Counted from the first letter of the whole stretch, positions 1-14,288 are shown. The stretch: DNA of 63,510 bases, filler included, from Choristocarpus tenellus KU-1152 (GCA_964200185.2; 11 parts of 11 records of this genome joined end to end with filler, not necessarily neighbours in it), one strand, 5' to 3'. Notes: generated by a model not told the origin, from the sequence alone. A program made the numbers and translations.

Positions 1-42
1 CCCCAAATGGACGTGGCTCTGCCTTCTAAGATATTTCGGCTC
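1..42 (-). mobile_element. MITE family A terminus (partial)
   Basis: ccccaaatggacgtggctctgccttctaagatatttcggctc matches 50881-50924. Confidence 0.7.
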
Positions 43-3000
43 AAGATCGATTCCCAACCGCTGCACGATCCCTTCTCATCCTTCTGGCACAGATGAAAGA
101 AATTCAGAAGTGTGTCGGCGGATGGAAGGTCAAGAAACTGATTGTGGAAGTATTGGAACTCTAAAGCTTAGCCCTACAATTTATTGATCTTGTCGCTTTG
201 CATATCGGCTTGGTTCCCCTCACTCCCCACCTAGAGCCGCATATATCCTACCCCTCTTCGTTTATTTCTCCCAACTATTGTTTCAATGCAAATACTCAAG
301 TTCTTTTTTGTATGATGTTCGACTCGATCCCTCTCGAGCCCCCTCTTTTGAGTAAGGGAAAATTGAAGTGTTGTATGCACAGTCGACAAGTCAAGGCAGT
401 GTTTGTGAAGTTCTAGGATTTCTATATATATTCAGCCCCTTTCTCAACCAAGTCAGTTGCCCTAATCCCGAGATAGAGACAACTATTCTCTACTCCTGTG
501 TATACCTGTCACATCCGACAACTATTGTCAGGCAAATACTTAGGTCTATTCGCTAGCATCCCCCCCTTTGTGTTCAACCCCTTTCTAGTACTTATCATCC
601 ACATGCGAGGACGCCTCCAGTCCTCTTGCACAGGTTCATTCTTCAACTCCTCAACTCCTGTACTGTCCTATCCTTTCCCAAGGATCACTCACGTCATTTT
701 CTTTTTGGCACGAAAAGTTTGTGTTAACTTGATTTGTATTCTCATATTACCTGGGGGTTTCATCTGCCACCGGATTCCTCCCTCGCAGTCTGCGTCATTT
801 GTGTCATCAACAGCCCAACCCTTTTCATCCTCAAAATCCCTTACTCCAGCATCAGCCTTGGCTACCTTTTTCTCTTGCCCTCGAAAATATATCCCCTACT
901 ATACGTCAATCCTCTCTGACTCTTTTCTCTCGCTATTATGCCCAGTTAACCGCCTTCCTGCCGTGATCCCGCAGGGTACCCCAGCCGCCGAAAACAAAGC
1001 TCAGAGCAGACTCACGGGACCAGTGACCCACTCCATATATTTATATTTCGACTTCGACATCTCTCCCAAAAGTGCAAAAACAAAGGAAGCCCACTCTCGA
1101 TCAGGTGGTCTCCAGTCTAACGCAATACTTACCTCATATCTTCGTACCTACCTCATTGTCCTAATTTAGAATATTTTTGCTACTTCGTATTATCTACGAG
1201 TTCAACTGTCTCCATATCGTACACAGATAGCAAATAATATGAAAGACCCATAATGTTGTTTTTTAACTAGCCTACACATATGAACCTCAAGAAAGCTCTA
1301 TGATAACATCTCATCAAAAATAAAAGGCCAAGCCTGCAATAACTGGCTCATGCAGGAAGCTGTTAATAAATAATTTAATTGATATCGGTTGTCCCACACT
1401 ACATGCATCAAGTCAACGACATTATCCTCTTGATCTATCGCGGATTTTGGTTCTTCACCTCATACATAAATCGATCAACAACACGAAAAATAAAAAGACA
1501 GAGAAAGTCCATCAGGCACATTACTCCAAACGTTCATTCACTGACAAGCTGTTTATCTTCATCCTCCAACAAAACACAATTTTCAAAAAGTTCATCCAAT
1601 CAAACTATGCAGGAATTGCAAACAAAACAGACCTGAAACAATTTTTGGAGAGTATAACTAATTCCAAAACGACATGTCCAGGTTTAAGAAACAGTGGTCG
1701 TACTGAACTAAACATTTCAAACAGCGACATGAAATAAAAATATATCCAATATTTTCAGCAAGGATACAACTAAATTTCTAACAATAAAAATCTCTTCTGT
1801 ACACAAGACGTCAACCAAAGGCCTACCGCTAGAGCCAGAACTGGGGCTAGGGCTACGACTAGAGATAAGGTTTTGGCTACAGCTAGTCCTGATTGTGAGA
1901 AATTTCATATAGACGGCATCCATCCAGTTGATTGCATTGGTTGTTCATGTATTATTCGTGTTGCCACCTGGAGCAAGAACAATAAAAAAATCTCCCACCG
2001 TACCCCTTCTATGTGCATGTAGGAATGTAGGGAGAGGACAATGCACTATACTTGAGTAGTGGAGCACAGTGAGCGCCACCAAGGTATGTTTGCGCCTTTG
2101 AGTAGTGGTTGGTTGCCTTTATTGCCCCCTCTCTTTCGCCTGTTTTGTGAGCTATGTGATAACCAGCAGGTCGAGAGAGAGATCCCAGATGTAACAAATT
2201 AAAATGTTGTTGGAGCTAGCTAACTGTGGCACAGGAGGGAGAGGCGACCTCAGGGTGGGGTGTCCTTGAGGGGGATTTGGGGTGGCTATGGGAATGACGA
2301 GTGCTGCTACCAGCCCGTTCCTAGGGCTGCCTGAGCCAACCACGAATGATGGATCACACTGCCAAAAATGGACATAGACGGAGATTAGACTGTGCAGTTG
2401 AAACGATAATCGTCGTTCTGTGGATGGTGGATGGTCTGATGTCAGGTTGAAAAATGCCTCCTAGGTGAGTGAGTTGACTGGTGCAGTAACAATATCCCGT
2501 ACTCATCTATGGGGTATTGTCTTGTGTACTACTACACACACGTGAGATGCTGTTACTAGGTGCACATCCCTACCCCTCTCCTCCCACACCCTTCGCGTGC
2601 TTAGTTGGAGTCAGTCTTTTGAGCAGGTTCTTCTTGATCTCAATGAACTCGGATCAGGTGTCCACAGCATATCTTAGAAGGGGTCCATTTTGACCCTTCC
2701 GTTTTTTTCAACCCCTTTCATGACACTCTACTCACATCCCTAAAATGCAGCTAACCCTCCGCTTTAAATTGTATAGTCATAAGGACAACCTCAACTACTC
2801 AACGAGACATCCCCCTCTAACATAAGAGAGCACTTCTTCACACAATAAAGTCCATACACAGTATTTTTCAATCAAGTACAAACTAAGTAATCGGTTTCAT
2901 GATGACAGTTCTTGAAAGATATGGTCTGGTGACATGTCTACCATGTACACACCAGTAGTGGTACGTTTAACTCAGTAGTTTACAATTGGCCTTATCATGA

Positions 3001-4907
3001 GAAAGATATTCATCACACAAATGCAAAATACCCTGCTTTTCTTAATACTGTCTCAAAATACCCCTTTCTTTGGTATCCACATTCCAATCACCTACTTTCC
3101 TACTCACTCTGTTTACTAATAGATGCATACCACCATTTTTTTTGTAGAAGATAGAAATAAAAATTGAAAAATCAGCGAAAAGGATTACTACTGATGTTAC
3201 TACTCTCCTCTAAATCCCCCACATTTATCACACTTTACCACAACTTTTACAATAAAATAAATTAATTTCTTAAAATAAAGATCAACCAATAAATTCAAGG
3301 GTTGTGAACCAAGCGGATTTGAAACTTCAAATAGTCAACAGTTCAAATATTGATTATAACCTATTCATAGCAATTGATTATCTTGGCCGTGGCAACTGGA
3401 CGAGAAGCACCACAGTTAGAAAGGAAAGCAGTCTTCTTGCGAGGTGAGGGCCCCGTCAGAGGCAAAACATTGAAGACCCTAACATTGTGAATATGTACGC
3501 TTGTGTCATTATAGACACAAAACACAAAACAGGAATATTCAGAAGCGCTTAACAGATGACACACCTAGATGACACACACAGAATAATATGCAACAAGCAG
3601 TCGATAAATATTCAATATCATATTTAATCGTGATTGATGTGATTAGAATCAGCCTTACCTATATAAGAGAGGGTAGGAACAACCAAAACCCCCCTCTCTT
3701 ATATCCCGATCCTCTCTTATTGTGCATAAAGGTGCTTTTTTCTTAAATCGAGGGATCGTGATAAGAGAAACCTATGTTATATCGAGCAACAGTGATCGTA
3801 CGCACATTATAATCGTTCCTGGACGATGACAGAGTGACGCCCTGACTATATGTGCTTCCCTTGTGCCTTCAAGAGTAGCTACATGTAGATGTGTAATGAA
3901 CATTGACCCTGGTGAGCACATTTCGATGAAGCTGTGGTAGTGCAGTAAGCACATCTACACCGCCCCTGCATAGTATACCAGTGTCGTATATACTTAGCAG
4001 TGTAACTTTCGTGAATTACACCAATTACGATGCATTCACTCATATGTATAGTACAGCTTCCCAAGAACAGCGTCCGCAAGCCATTGGATGGCTAGACAGA
4101 CGAATCAAATCAAAGTTCAAAGCCACTCTCCCTCCAATGCTCCGCCCTAGGCATTCAATTGCACTCTACAAGGATAATATGTAGACAGTATCAAAACACC
4201 GCCGTGGATCAAATACAGCTGCACTGCAATGGACCCTCCATCGCACGCACTTGAGTAAAACAACTTTTTGTTAATATAAAGATTGCGACTGCCAAAAAAA
4301 TCGGAGTATCAGCTTGTTTGATCACCCTTGCCCTGATTGCGCTGAGCCAAGTCAGCTTTGCTTTCTGGAGATGTATTAGTACGAAACTATGCAAAAGAGA
4401 ACTCTTCCAATAGAGTCTTTGCTTTAAGTTGTATGGATTTATTTATTGGCGGAGTGAGCACAGCTCTTGGTGGTGGGCTGCTCTTACTTATATTATTATC
4501 TATTGCGCACGTCATCAGACGCGTCAAAATGTGTCTGTGTCAGTCGCACTACCTACGTCAGCCACTTATATTGAACAAAATGAAAAATCAATCTATCGAG
4601 ACTCAAACCTGTGACTCGAACCTCACCAAATCAAGTCCTTCACCCTTACTCTACTCAGTCAAAACTTCTGTTGTATTATGTTATTCACTAAATATATAAA
4701 TCCCTATATAGTTCCTAGCCTATATTGCACACTCCCCCATGAGCGTGCAGCAAAGTTGCTGACTAAAGTTCACTCTCGATGTGAAAGCACTGAATGCACA
4801 AAATCAGAAATAAAACTCTTGCGTGAAGACTTGGTTAACACATCTGCCAACTGCTTACGTGTTGGAATATACTCGATATGAAATATGCCTTGATCTACAT
4901 ACTCTCT

Positions 4908-5007
4908 NNNNNNNNNNNNNNNNNNNNNNNNNNNNNNNNNNNNNNNNNNNNTTAATTAATTAANNNNNNNNNNNNNNNNNNNNNNNNNNNNNNNNNNNNN
5001 NNNNNNN
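4908..5007. other. Artificial contig spacer (N44-TTAATTAATTAA-N44); first of 10
   Basis: The identical 100-bp linker with six-frame stops also occurs at 14289-14388, 18888-18987, 24130-24229, 29062-29161, 40200-40299, 47557-47656, 50311-50410, 53113-53212 and 56083-56182. Adjacent contigs need not be genomic neighbours. Confidence 0.98.
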
Positions 5008-5816
5008 CAGTGGTGTCTGCATTTCCTAATCTACTCCACCGATGGTGTCTATAGTGTATCAGCAGCACTATCTACGAACACAGCTGATCCGATACCACGA
5101 GCAACAGCCATGACCAATGACTCGACAAGTTCACCTAATGCGGAACAGAGGATAGCCAGGATAGCTGAACAACCGAGGGTGGACTACAGGGGTTTACACT
5201 TTGGAGATACCGAGGAACTGGGAGAGAATATGGGCCAAATGCTCAGAACAAACATGGTGGACGAGGTAGTGTTAACAATAAACCCAGAGGATAGTATTGC
5301 GATTTTTCCTAGATACTTAAGAGCCAAATTTGATAGAGGTTAATCTTTACTACTCTGTTGTTTACAACTAAAAATATGAGACAAATGCACGTGTATTGGG
5401 AAATTAACCCTTCTTGCTCAGAATGTCATATGCAACTTACCCACACACCACAAACAAACTGACTCAGCCCTTAAGGCAAGAGACAGACCTCTACTATATA
5501 TACTCTGAATACCACGACAATGGGAGGAATACAGAGGCAGGCATACATACATATCTATCTGTTAGAGGGACCATACCTAACAGCAAGACGCTGATAGAGC
5601 ATGCAATCAAGTCCCTCTCCATCCACCACCATAAATCATTGCTGAAGTATTTGTCTACGTGAGATGCCCAGGTTATTACAGTCTCTTGCAATGTTTGCTA
5701 TAAATTGTATTGGAAAAAGAGAGGTTTTGGAGAAGAAACAAACAGAGAAAACGTATCTTCTTAATAGTCCGTTGTCGATACAAGGGAATGATACTTTAAC
5801 CTTCTACCATTGGTGT

Positions 5817-6051
5817 GAGTCAAAGTATCTTAGAAGCCAAAATACAATGTCGCGATTTTGATCTAATATTAGTTACAATGTTTGTTAGGAAGTGTCAATA
5901 TTCTTGTTTCGGACGCACCTTTTTAGAACGCATACATTTTACCTACTCCAAAACATTTTGGAGTAGAAAAACGTCATAACGAACCCGTGGGAAGCCCGGC
6001 CCCAAACGGACAAACAGGGCAAAACTCATACCCTTTAAAATACTTTCACTC
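5817..6051 (+). mobile_element. MITE family A, copy just 3' of the GT47 gene
   Basis: Runs GAGTCAA(A)GTATCTTAG ... TACTTTCACTC, with the internal sequence shared with the other copies. Confidence 0.85.
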
Positions 6052-6101
6052 TGTCCTAGATTCCAGCCTATGAACCTATACCACTAACGGTGTTCAATCC
6101 T

Positions 6102-9100
6102 TTACAAAGGGAAGTTGCTTGGTGCTCCTGGTGAGAGGCAGTCCACTTTGACCTCTGCCAGTCCCTGGGTCGCAACCATACTGTGTGGATGCTCCCACAA
6201 TAGATATTTTCGAGCCTTGATCATGTTATTGTATAGAGGCCTCATCCTAGATTCTGGGAGGGTGTAGATGTAGTGCACTGCACCAGTTGGGTCCTGGTTC
6301 CACATCTGTGAGGTCAACCAATAATGTGAAGCTCGGGTTCATTTAGCGTGCATGGCCACATTAATGGCTTAGTATTGACAAAAAACAGCATTGGGTATTG
6401 AAGGGAAAGGAAACACAGGTATTAAGGTTAGCCAGCAGCTGGTACCACTAGGCTTGACTTCTTTGAACAAATACTTCAGCACTCGGTTGCACCCAAGCAC
6501 TTCAATACATCAACTGTCAAGGACTAATCATACGTTTTTCTGCCACAGCAACAAGCAATAATATCGTGGAACTGGAACTTGTCTTGTACCATCAATTTGT
6601 TAAGTATGGCAAAGTCACACAGGGGGTAGTGGCTGCCAGAACTGGGGACAATGCGGGCACAATACAGTTTGATGTCTTGGGTTGAGCACCACTCTGATGG
6701 ACTCCGGTCTCAATGCCGGTTACTTTCAAGGACGAGGACAGCACTTACGTTGGACGGCACAGTAATCATTATCTTATCGAAATTTATCCATCGGTTGAAC
6801 GGAGCAGCTGACAAGCGGAACCCACTGTCGACGACGAGGGGCATGCACCCAGCTGCCAAGGCATCGGTGTACCTGTTTAGAGCGACGAAAATATGTACAC
6901 ATGGCCAGGAGGAGATAATCGCCAGTCACATCAGAAACAGGCCAGGTTATTCATGAATGGCCGACTTCAGCAAAACTGACTTGAAATGTTTTTCCATAAC
7001 CTGCCAAATTCCCTCCAATCCTACTCAACTTGTTCAAGAGCTTATTGAAGCTGGTCTGAGATATTCAGGACCATGTTGTCGAATCAAATCCAACATTGTG
7101 AACTGTGATTATGTTCCAGGATTCAGAATTGGAGACACTGAGCTTTGGGGTAAAATATCAATTGCGCTCTCCCCACAAAACTGTACTGTTCAAATACCAT
7201 CCTACCTACGAACTTACCTGCTTGTCTGTGGGTCATCACATTCCATCACAAGACAAAATTGTGCATCTTGGATCTCCCTGACATACTCCTGCGGGGAACA
7301 GAGTGGCATACCAGATCAACTCTGTGAGGAGCATGCAGTGCTAGCATTTCTGCTGCTCAGTATATGTAATGTTGATGAAGAAAGCTCTACAAACAGAACT
7401 CTGATAGGACTTGGAAATCGAAGGGGGGCACGAACTCGTATCTACTCTACAGGAATCTGCTCCAGACACAGGACTATAATATCAAGCAAATCGGCCTCTG
7501 GTGACGTTTGCTCAATGCTCAGCATGTGTCGGTGATTTATTCTGCTGGAGAGAACTATGAAATGTATGACCAGCAAACACAATTTGATGGGCTATGGCAG
7601 ACTCCTAAGATCCCCTTTTCTCTCAACCGTCTTCGTCATTCTAGTCTATCATAGATGGGTGGCTACGTCATTTTGACTCATGTAGTTCAAATAACAGTTA
7701 CTATATCTTATCACCTTCGTAGCAGACAATACTACCGCAGCACTACAGAACAGTAGCAGATTTGGATATATAGACATTTCTATGTCGTTCTAGTCTTGTT
7801 CCCCTTAGCAAATCTGCAAGATGCCAACAGATGTGTTTGCTATCAGAGCAATAGAAAGTCCTACAGTACTTACATTCTGTACTGTAAAAATGGACTACTC
7901 CAAGCATTTAAGATATATATATAACTTGAGTACACTAGACAGGATCCACAAAGAAAGGTTATTCCATTTTGGACTGCATCATTACGAGTGCCACTCAGCT
8001 GTTGTTTCGGAAATGACATATTTTTGTCCCTCGCTGTTTCATCAACATACCAAAAATATATATTGGAAAATATACCCTCACATGGCCACAGGTCAAAATT
8101 CAATCCATATCATTTGACATTAATTGTGTTACCCTGTATGGAGATGGGTATTTTGGAAGGGAGCTCGATTCCTTGTGCCATTCTCAACATGCCACTATGG
8201 TGGGGCAATAGTACATGACAATATCTTGAACAACACATAATCTACACTTCATTACACAAAAAATCTGAACATTGCAAATCCCTGTGGATGGAGTGTTGCT
8301 TGTAGGGATCTCAGCCCAAACTTGGGGTAATTCGACGTTCGATGTGTATTGTAATAAAAAAACAAAAGCTAAACCTCATTACATTAAACTGTCCTATTCT
8401 GTACAATCCACCACTTTGATAGAAAACGCTGAAAAACTAGATTGTAATAATAGAGTATATTTTCACTCCTACACACACGATATAGAGAGGTTTGGGGGGA
8501 CTCTTGGGTTAGTGTTTACTTTTCTCTTTATACCTGAGCATACCAATCTGAATCCTGGATCAGGCATGACTGGATTACGAAGTAGATGCAAGACAATGTG
8601 TAAAGATGGCATGGCAGGTATTAACCACACACGCAAGCTGACTAGTATAACGATTAACCTATGGCAAGCCATGGATCAAACCCATATGACTCCTCTCACC
8701 TCATGTGTCGCTGCATGATTCTTATGGATGCTTGTATTTGGGAGGACATTTAGGTCGAAAACCTTTGCCCTTGATGTCGCCGCACCTGCTGAATCTGTGC
8801 AAGATCCCTCCTTGCCTCGAAAGTACACTGATATTCCTCTTGCATGCCATTCTTCATAGGAGAGGTCATGCTTGTAAGTATCCTCTCTTGCTCTTACTGA
8901 TACTAAAACAGTACACCGCCATTCATCTTTGTTCCTCCACCATGGACGACCTCTTTCAACCTCAAGCTTTCCATCCCCCATCCAATATGAGACATCCTGG
9001 GTACTTTGCTGCCAGGTTGAATAACGACCCACCGTCATGTTGACTATGACGTTCCTTAGGGATTGGGGATAGTACTTATGCTCCTTGTAAAGAATGTGCC

Positions 9101-10549
9101 AGTGGCCAAGCTGGATCATCGCACAGAAGATGTAGAATGTTAAGAGGAGGGGGATACCTTGACTAAGTGAGAGGACAAACAATATCCCAATGAGTCATGC
9201 CGAAGTGTGATGTAGACTCAGCATTCAAAGATTGGAGGTGATCATAATGTTCCATATATGTGTCCAGCAATCCATGGTACAATACCACTTGTGCATATCT
9301 CACACAAGTTACAATATGTTGGCTTCATAATTACAACGATCAAGTTAACAATAAAATGGAGGACTGTACACAACAAGTCACTATTGGTCTTACCGGCCAA
9401 AAATGGTCTCGCCCATTGTTTCGCTGATACCAAGGGCTAGATATCACGGTCTGTACTGCATTTTCTGTTCGGTCATGATGGCTCTCCCCTCTGCACATTC
9501 CAGCCATTTTAGACTCATCTACATCGAACAGGAGAACAAAAACTTCTGCATCCTCAGGTTCCATTGTCCTCCATGAGTGTTTGCGGAGGGCCTCAAGCCA
9601 CATCAGATTGGTGTCCTGAAGATAGGAGTAGTGCATGGTCGGATGAGGGTGCCTAAAGTATGTTGTCAGTAATATTGGCGACTCTGTTGTGTACAACACA
9701 GAACCAAGGTAAACGAGAGGTACCTAGGATTGCATTATAAGGACGCTGACAACAAATGTACAAAATTCGGTTTATTGTACAAGTGAGTGTGCAAGGAGCT
9801 TTGATGGTTCTGTCGAAAATTTTCGAAAATTAGAGAGATAAACGCTATCAAGTCAATCTTAGCACTTCATCCACAGAAATAAGGGTGAATAGGAAGATAT
9901 AAAACGAGTGACCTAGAATGCAAAACGACCTCAACCTGGATATCTCTCGTTTACGTTGGCTCGCACTCATATTAGCTACCACTTGTATCTGGTTGGTCTT
10001 GACAAAATATAAAAGGTGCATACATCAACAGCAAGATCCTGCACGAACACTGGTAGCTAGATCCCCACTAAATGGCACTGCACTATATAAAAAATGAAGG
10101 TGGGAATGATGCCAAGACGGAGGGGGTAAGGGGTAGGACCAAGGGTCACCTGTTGGCTCAGTGTGATATACGGACTATTCCAATGGTACACCATACCACG
10201 TCTTGGGTACCATATCCTCTCCCCCATTCATCCCGATATTAAAATGAGACTTGGCATCACTCGTAGATTCAATAAAATTTGCCCTTGATAATTTTACATT
10301 AAACGTCACAAACCCGGAAAGCCATACCCAGTAACCAGTTTTTAGTCCATCATGTGCCCCTGAACATCCCTCTCTTAGCTCGCTCTCAGAGAGAATAGTG
10401 CTCAAGGGCTGCAAAGAAGGATAAGCATCGCCATCGTAAAGATAAAATGGCACAGTGGGAGACTCTTCCGCCATCAACAGCTCAGTCGCTTGGATTCTGA
10501 TTGCTGGAGATGAGAGTAGAATTAGCAAAGATGCACATGCTAGATTCAT
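6102..10549 (-). CDS. Exostosin-family (GT47) glycosyltransferase, 6 exons, ~417 aa
   Basis: Exons 10549-10328, 9615-9394, 9110-8700, 7288-7218, 6872-6749 and 6305-6102 join in frame at GT-AG sites (1254 nt). It has a hydrophobic N-terminus (MNLACASLLILLSS), then FYLYD, RTMEPEDAEVF and PWYQRNNGRDHFW. The C-terminal block EYVREIQDAQFCLVMECDDPQTSRYTDALAAGCMPLVVD...PFNRWINF matches the GT47 consensus FCL..GD..S.R..DA..GC.P. Confidence 0.88.
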
Positions 10550-12122
10550 GGCAGTGGTTGTCCCTGTGTCCCAACATAGAAAGAGCACAAGAATGGAGTG
10601 TGTCAGTGTGAATATATAACAAGGATTCTACATAAATGATGGTGTGGACTATTCCTGACTTGTGGATAGTGTACTAATGCTCATAGCTTCTTCAATAACC
10701 CTTTAGGGTATTGAACGTCCTGCACACAGTACACCATTCACACCTGGTTCAACGAGTGAGCTGGCACACCACTCTATCATGGTTGGTAACTATGCCATAG
10801 ATCATTGGTCTATGGTGCGGACATTACAGAGCATTTAAGAAAGCATTTGTATATCAATCACTACGGAAAATATGGAGATAAGATCTCCCTCGTGTGGATA
10901 CAATGGCAAGTGTGGTGGAGGACAAATCATATGTCGAAATTATGGAGGAAAAGGCTGCAAGCAGATGAGAGACGGACAGGTTTCACGGAGCTCCGTAGCA
11001 CTCTCATTATCTCACACAAATTATCTTTTAAATGTTACTTTTATATGGAACAGTCAAATGTTGATACACCACCACCCTTCTACTGGGGCAGGCAGTCACA
11101 CAATATTCTGCCCCAATGAAAGAGTGGATGGTATATCAAATTCGAAAATCTTTATTGTACAAAACCATCTGCACGATGTCACTAAGGTGAGAAACATACA
11201 CTAGTATTATAAATAGATACAAGTAATCCATCTATTCCATGCATGCATCAGGGTTTAAAGGAGATAACCCCAGGTAGAAATCATGAGGCTGTAACTCGGA
11301 GCAAACGCTACTTATGCTGGTCGGCTAGCCTGGATCTCTAGGGTCCCTACTGGGGCTGATACAACATGTATTTATGAAAGGGAAAGCCTTATATTGCTTC
11401 TCTTTTTTAGTTTTCCCTGAGTAAGAGATGTATCAAAAGAAAATTTGTACCTGTGCTCATACTGAGGAGTTTAGCATCCCTATTATACACTTCCCAGAAT
11501 ACCTCTATACATTTCAGCTGTGTGCATAAAAGTTGGTGTGGAAATGGGGGCTAAAAATGTAACTAATTGGAGAGTTATGTAGCATTCACCTAAAGTCGTT
11601 TATCATATTTGGAGTTGAAACACCAGTAACCACAACTATAGACCTTTCTAAATCCCACCTTCACACAACAACTAGTGAAGGCCATTGGGATTGAGTTATT
11701 AAACTATTTATATAGTGTTGTACGCATTACCCGAGTATGTTTGAGTTCTGGTAGTGAATGTAAGTTAAATAGAGCAATATATGTGCAGTTTGGCAGCCCA
11801 AGTGGAAACCAGGGTGACACCATGAAATTACTCCTGGCCTTTCAAAGTATGGTAAGGAGGCGAGATCATAGAGATGAATTTGTCACATTGATTTTTAGCT
11901 TAATTTTTGGGATGAATTAGTAAAATCCTTCAACACGAAGAAGAGGATTACTGCTGAGTTTTAGATGTGGAACACTTCAACGATGGGTTGATTCGCTAAC
12001 GTTCTGGGGATCGCTAAATGTCTTAGGCCATGATAGTGGATGATGATTCAGGTCAATTTCATTGATGTAGGGATCTCAGGGCTCTATGCTCTACCCATAT
12101 ATACTACCTATATCGTTGTTGG

Positions 12123-12407
12123 ATTTGACCAAATAATCCGAAGAAAGGGTGGACTGTATTACCGAACTATCTCCTTCCATGCCGACCGTGAAGTTGCTGG
12201 ATGCACAACAGCCTGTAGGATAACGGATAATGGACATCGAGAAACCCATTGCTCATGATCCCTGATTTGGCCGAATAATCCGAAGAAAGTGTGGACTGTA
12301 TTACCGAACTATCTCCTTCAATGCCGACCATGAAGTTGCTGGATGCAAAACAACCTGAAGAGCAACGGATAATGGACATCGAGAAACCCATTGTTCATTA
12401 TCCCTGA
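12123..12407. repeat. 142-bp tandem duplication
   Basis: aataatccgaagaaag starts at 12132 and again at 12274, and the units align throughout. Confidence 0.92.
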
Positions 12408-13464
12408 GGTATACAGCAGATTTAACATACAATGGTGGGGAATACAACGTAACGTAGAAGGGGAAATAGTCGAGGAAGAGTGGACGTCTCTCTCCTCTTG
12501 GCGTTTGAGTTTCCTTTTAGCGTTTTCGGGGAGCAGTTGAAGGACCTATGTCCTGCTAATTTAGGCTAAACAGTCCGATCTGTGTCGAAGTACTATGCGA
12601 TCAGGCCCCTGGCTGACTACCTCTTCGAAAACCGTTCCTGGTTTGGTAAGACGGGAGTTTCATCCGTACCCTGCACGCTAAGATCTGAGTCCATATATTA
12701 CGATTGCCGTTTGGAGTGGGCCTAATGACTGTACATGTTTCCAAAGCATAACTAACAATACTGTAGACGAGGGACAGAACGCTTACCTCTTCGTCTCGGT
12801 GGCAATGCCGTGGCGGCAACCTGAGCTCGGACGAGTGCCTTTTGCAAGTCCTATATTTCTCTCAGTGGACTGGGCTCAAGGCGATGATGGTAGATTGCGT
12901 CGACTAGAGACTGTTTCTTCTTCTGGCCACGACCCAATTGTACGACAGGTATGTGAGGTGTCCTTGCAACGAAAATGTCAGGATAGTCGCAACTACCCTT
13001 CCCCCGATACCCTGAGATTTGAGGAGGTACTGTATACTGTCGTTCACTACGACAATAGTAGGTAACAAGTAAAACCACTCTATCAGAACAAATCGATGAC
13101 CAATCAACAAGCAAAAGCTCTAAGTTTTAAGTATGCAAAGACCGTGATTGTATGGGAAGCGGACTAGGTTCCAAGAAATGTAGGGTACGAGGGACTGTCT
13201 CTCTCTTCTCTCCTTTGTCCTATTCACTCTACTTTTTTTTGTTTTCTCTGTCCTCCTTGTTTCCTTAACATTTGAGATCGTCAAGAAAACGGAGAATTGT
13301 GTTTGGAGAGTTCTGGATAGGATACTACATTATCTATATTCGGAAAAATAACTTGAATATTGTTCCTCAACCATTGAAATAGAATTTTTCTATTCCTCCA
13401 CACACCATCCCATACAACAACTTTCATTCTTACTTGTATATAGTATTATAGTGTTCACAGTCGC

Positions 13465-14000
13465 CTCCTCCATCAACTTAGTCGTGCCATAACCTTCGAT
13501 CAAACGAATTTTTTAATGAAAATTTGTTTGTTGTAATCGCATAATCATGATCAACCTTATTTGATGGGTCTCTCGGTTGGTCAAGTTGTAGTAATTGTGA
13601 GAAATACAGGACCATACTTAAATCAAGTAGTCCGCGCACGCCGTTCGCGGCCCCGCACATTTAAGGACGATTTTGATGCCAGAAGAGACCATCTTCGCGT
13701 GGACAACATGCGCGTTGTTGTCTCTCCATCCTCTTTCCATTCTTTCCCGTTTATGCGATGTTGTTACCTGCTGTCTAAGGCTCACTCATGGGGGCCTGTG
13801 CCTCTGAATCATACAAGCAATGCCAAGTCAAATGAGGTATTCTGAAGGTGCAAGCCTCCTGTGAGCCTTAAATGTCTTGTACAATCCGTTCAATTTGGAG
13901 CATTCCATGCCTTTCTCGTTGGAATATGTCAGGTGGTAAGCAATACTCATTCTGAAGAACCTCTCCACAATTACTCTGGACAGCCCCCCTTCCTCCTTAA
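13465..14000 (-). mobile_element. Second copy of the IS630/Tc1-type relic
   Basis: Co-linear nucleotide similarity to 20143-20698 (e.g. atgccaagtcaaatgaggtattctgaaggtgca). Confidence 0.8.
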
Positions 14001-14233
14001 TGTCCAAAATAGGACAATAGTGAGGTGTACCTTATTTTGTGCATGTGAGATTATTGTGTTGAATTGAGTCCAAATGATGTCACTAAGAGATGATACATCT
14101 ATCTGAACTATCTATGGAGTTCTGAATTATAGTTAAACTGTTCTGACACAAATAATAATAAAGAAACAAACAGTAGAAGACACTCCACAAAGGTCACTCT
14201 TCTAATTTCATCCATCCTTTTTTTTCACGTTCA

Positions 14234-14288
14234 GAGTCAAAGTACCTTAGAGGGTAGAGCCGCATCCATTTGGGGGTCAAAATCCAAT
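14234..14288 (+). mobile_element. MITE family A left end, cut by contig end
   Basis: gagtcaaagtaccttagagggtagagccgcatccatttgggggtcaaaatccaat. Confidence 0.8.

Noticed and set aside
498-1169. 223-aa plus-strand ORF
   Set aside because: S/P/F/L-rich composition typical of the antisense of a purine-rich decayed element; no family recognised on either strand.
4952-4963. TTAATTAATTAA palindrome as a biological motif
   Set aside because: Always centred in identical N runs, so it is a synthetic contig linker.
6957-7535. 192-aa plus-strand ORF
   Set aside because: Antisense to GT47 exon 4 and its introns, with no recognisable motif.
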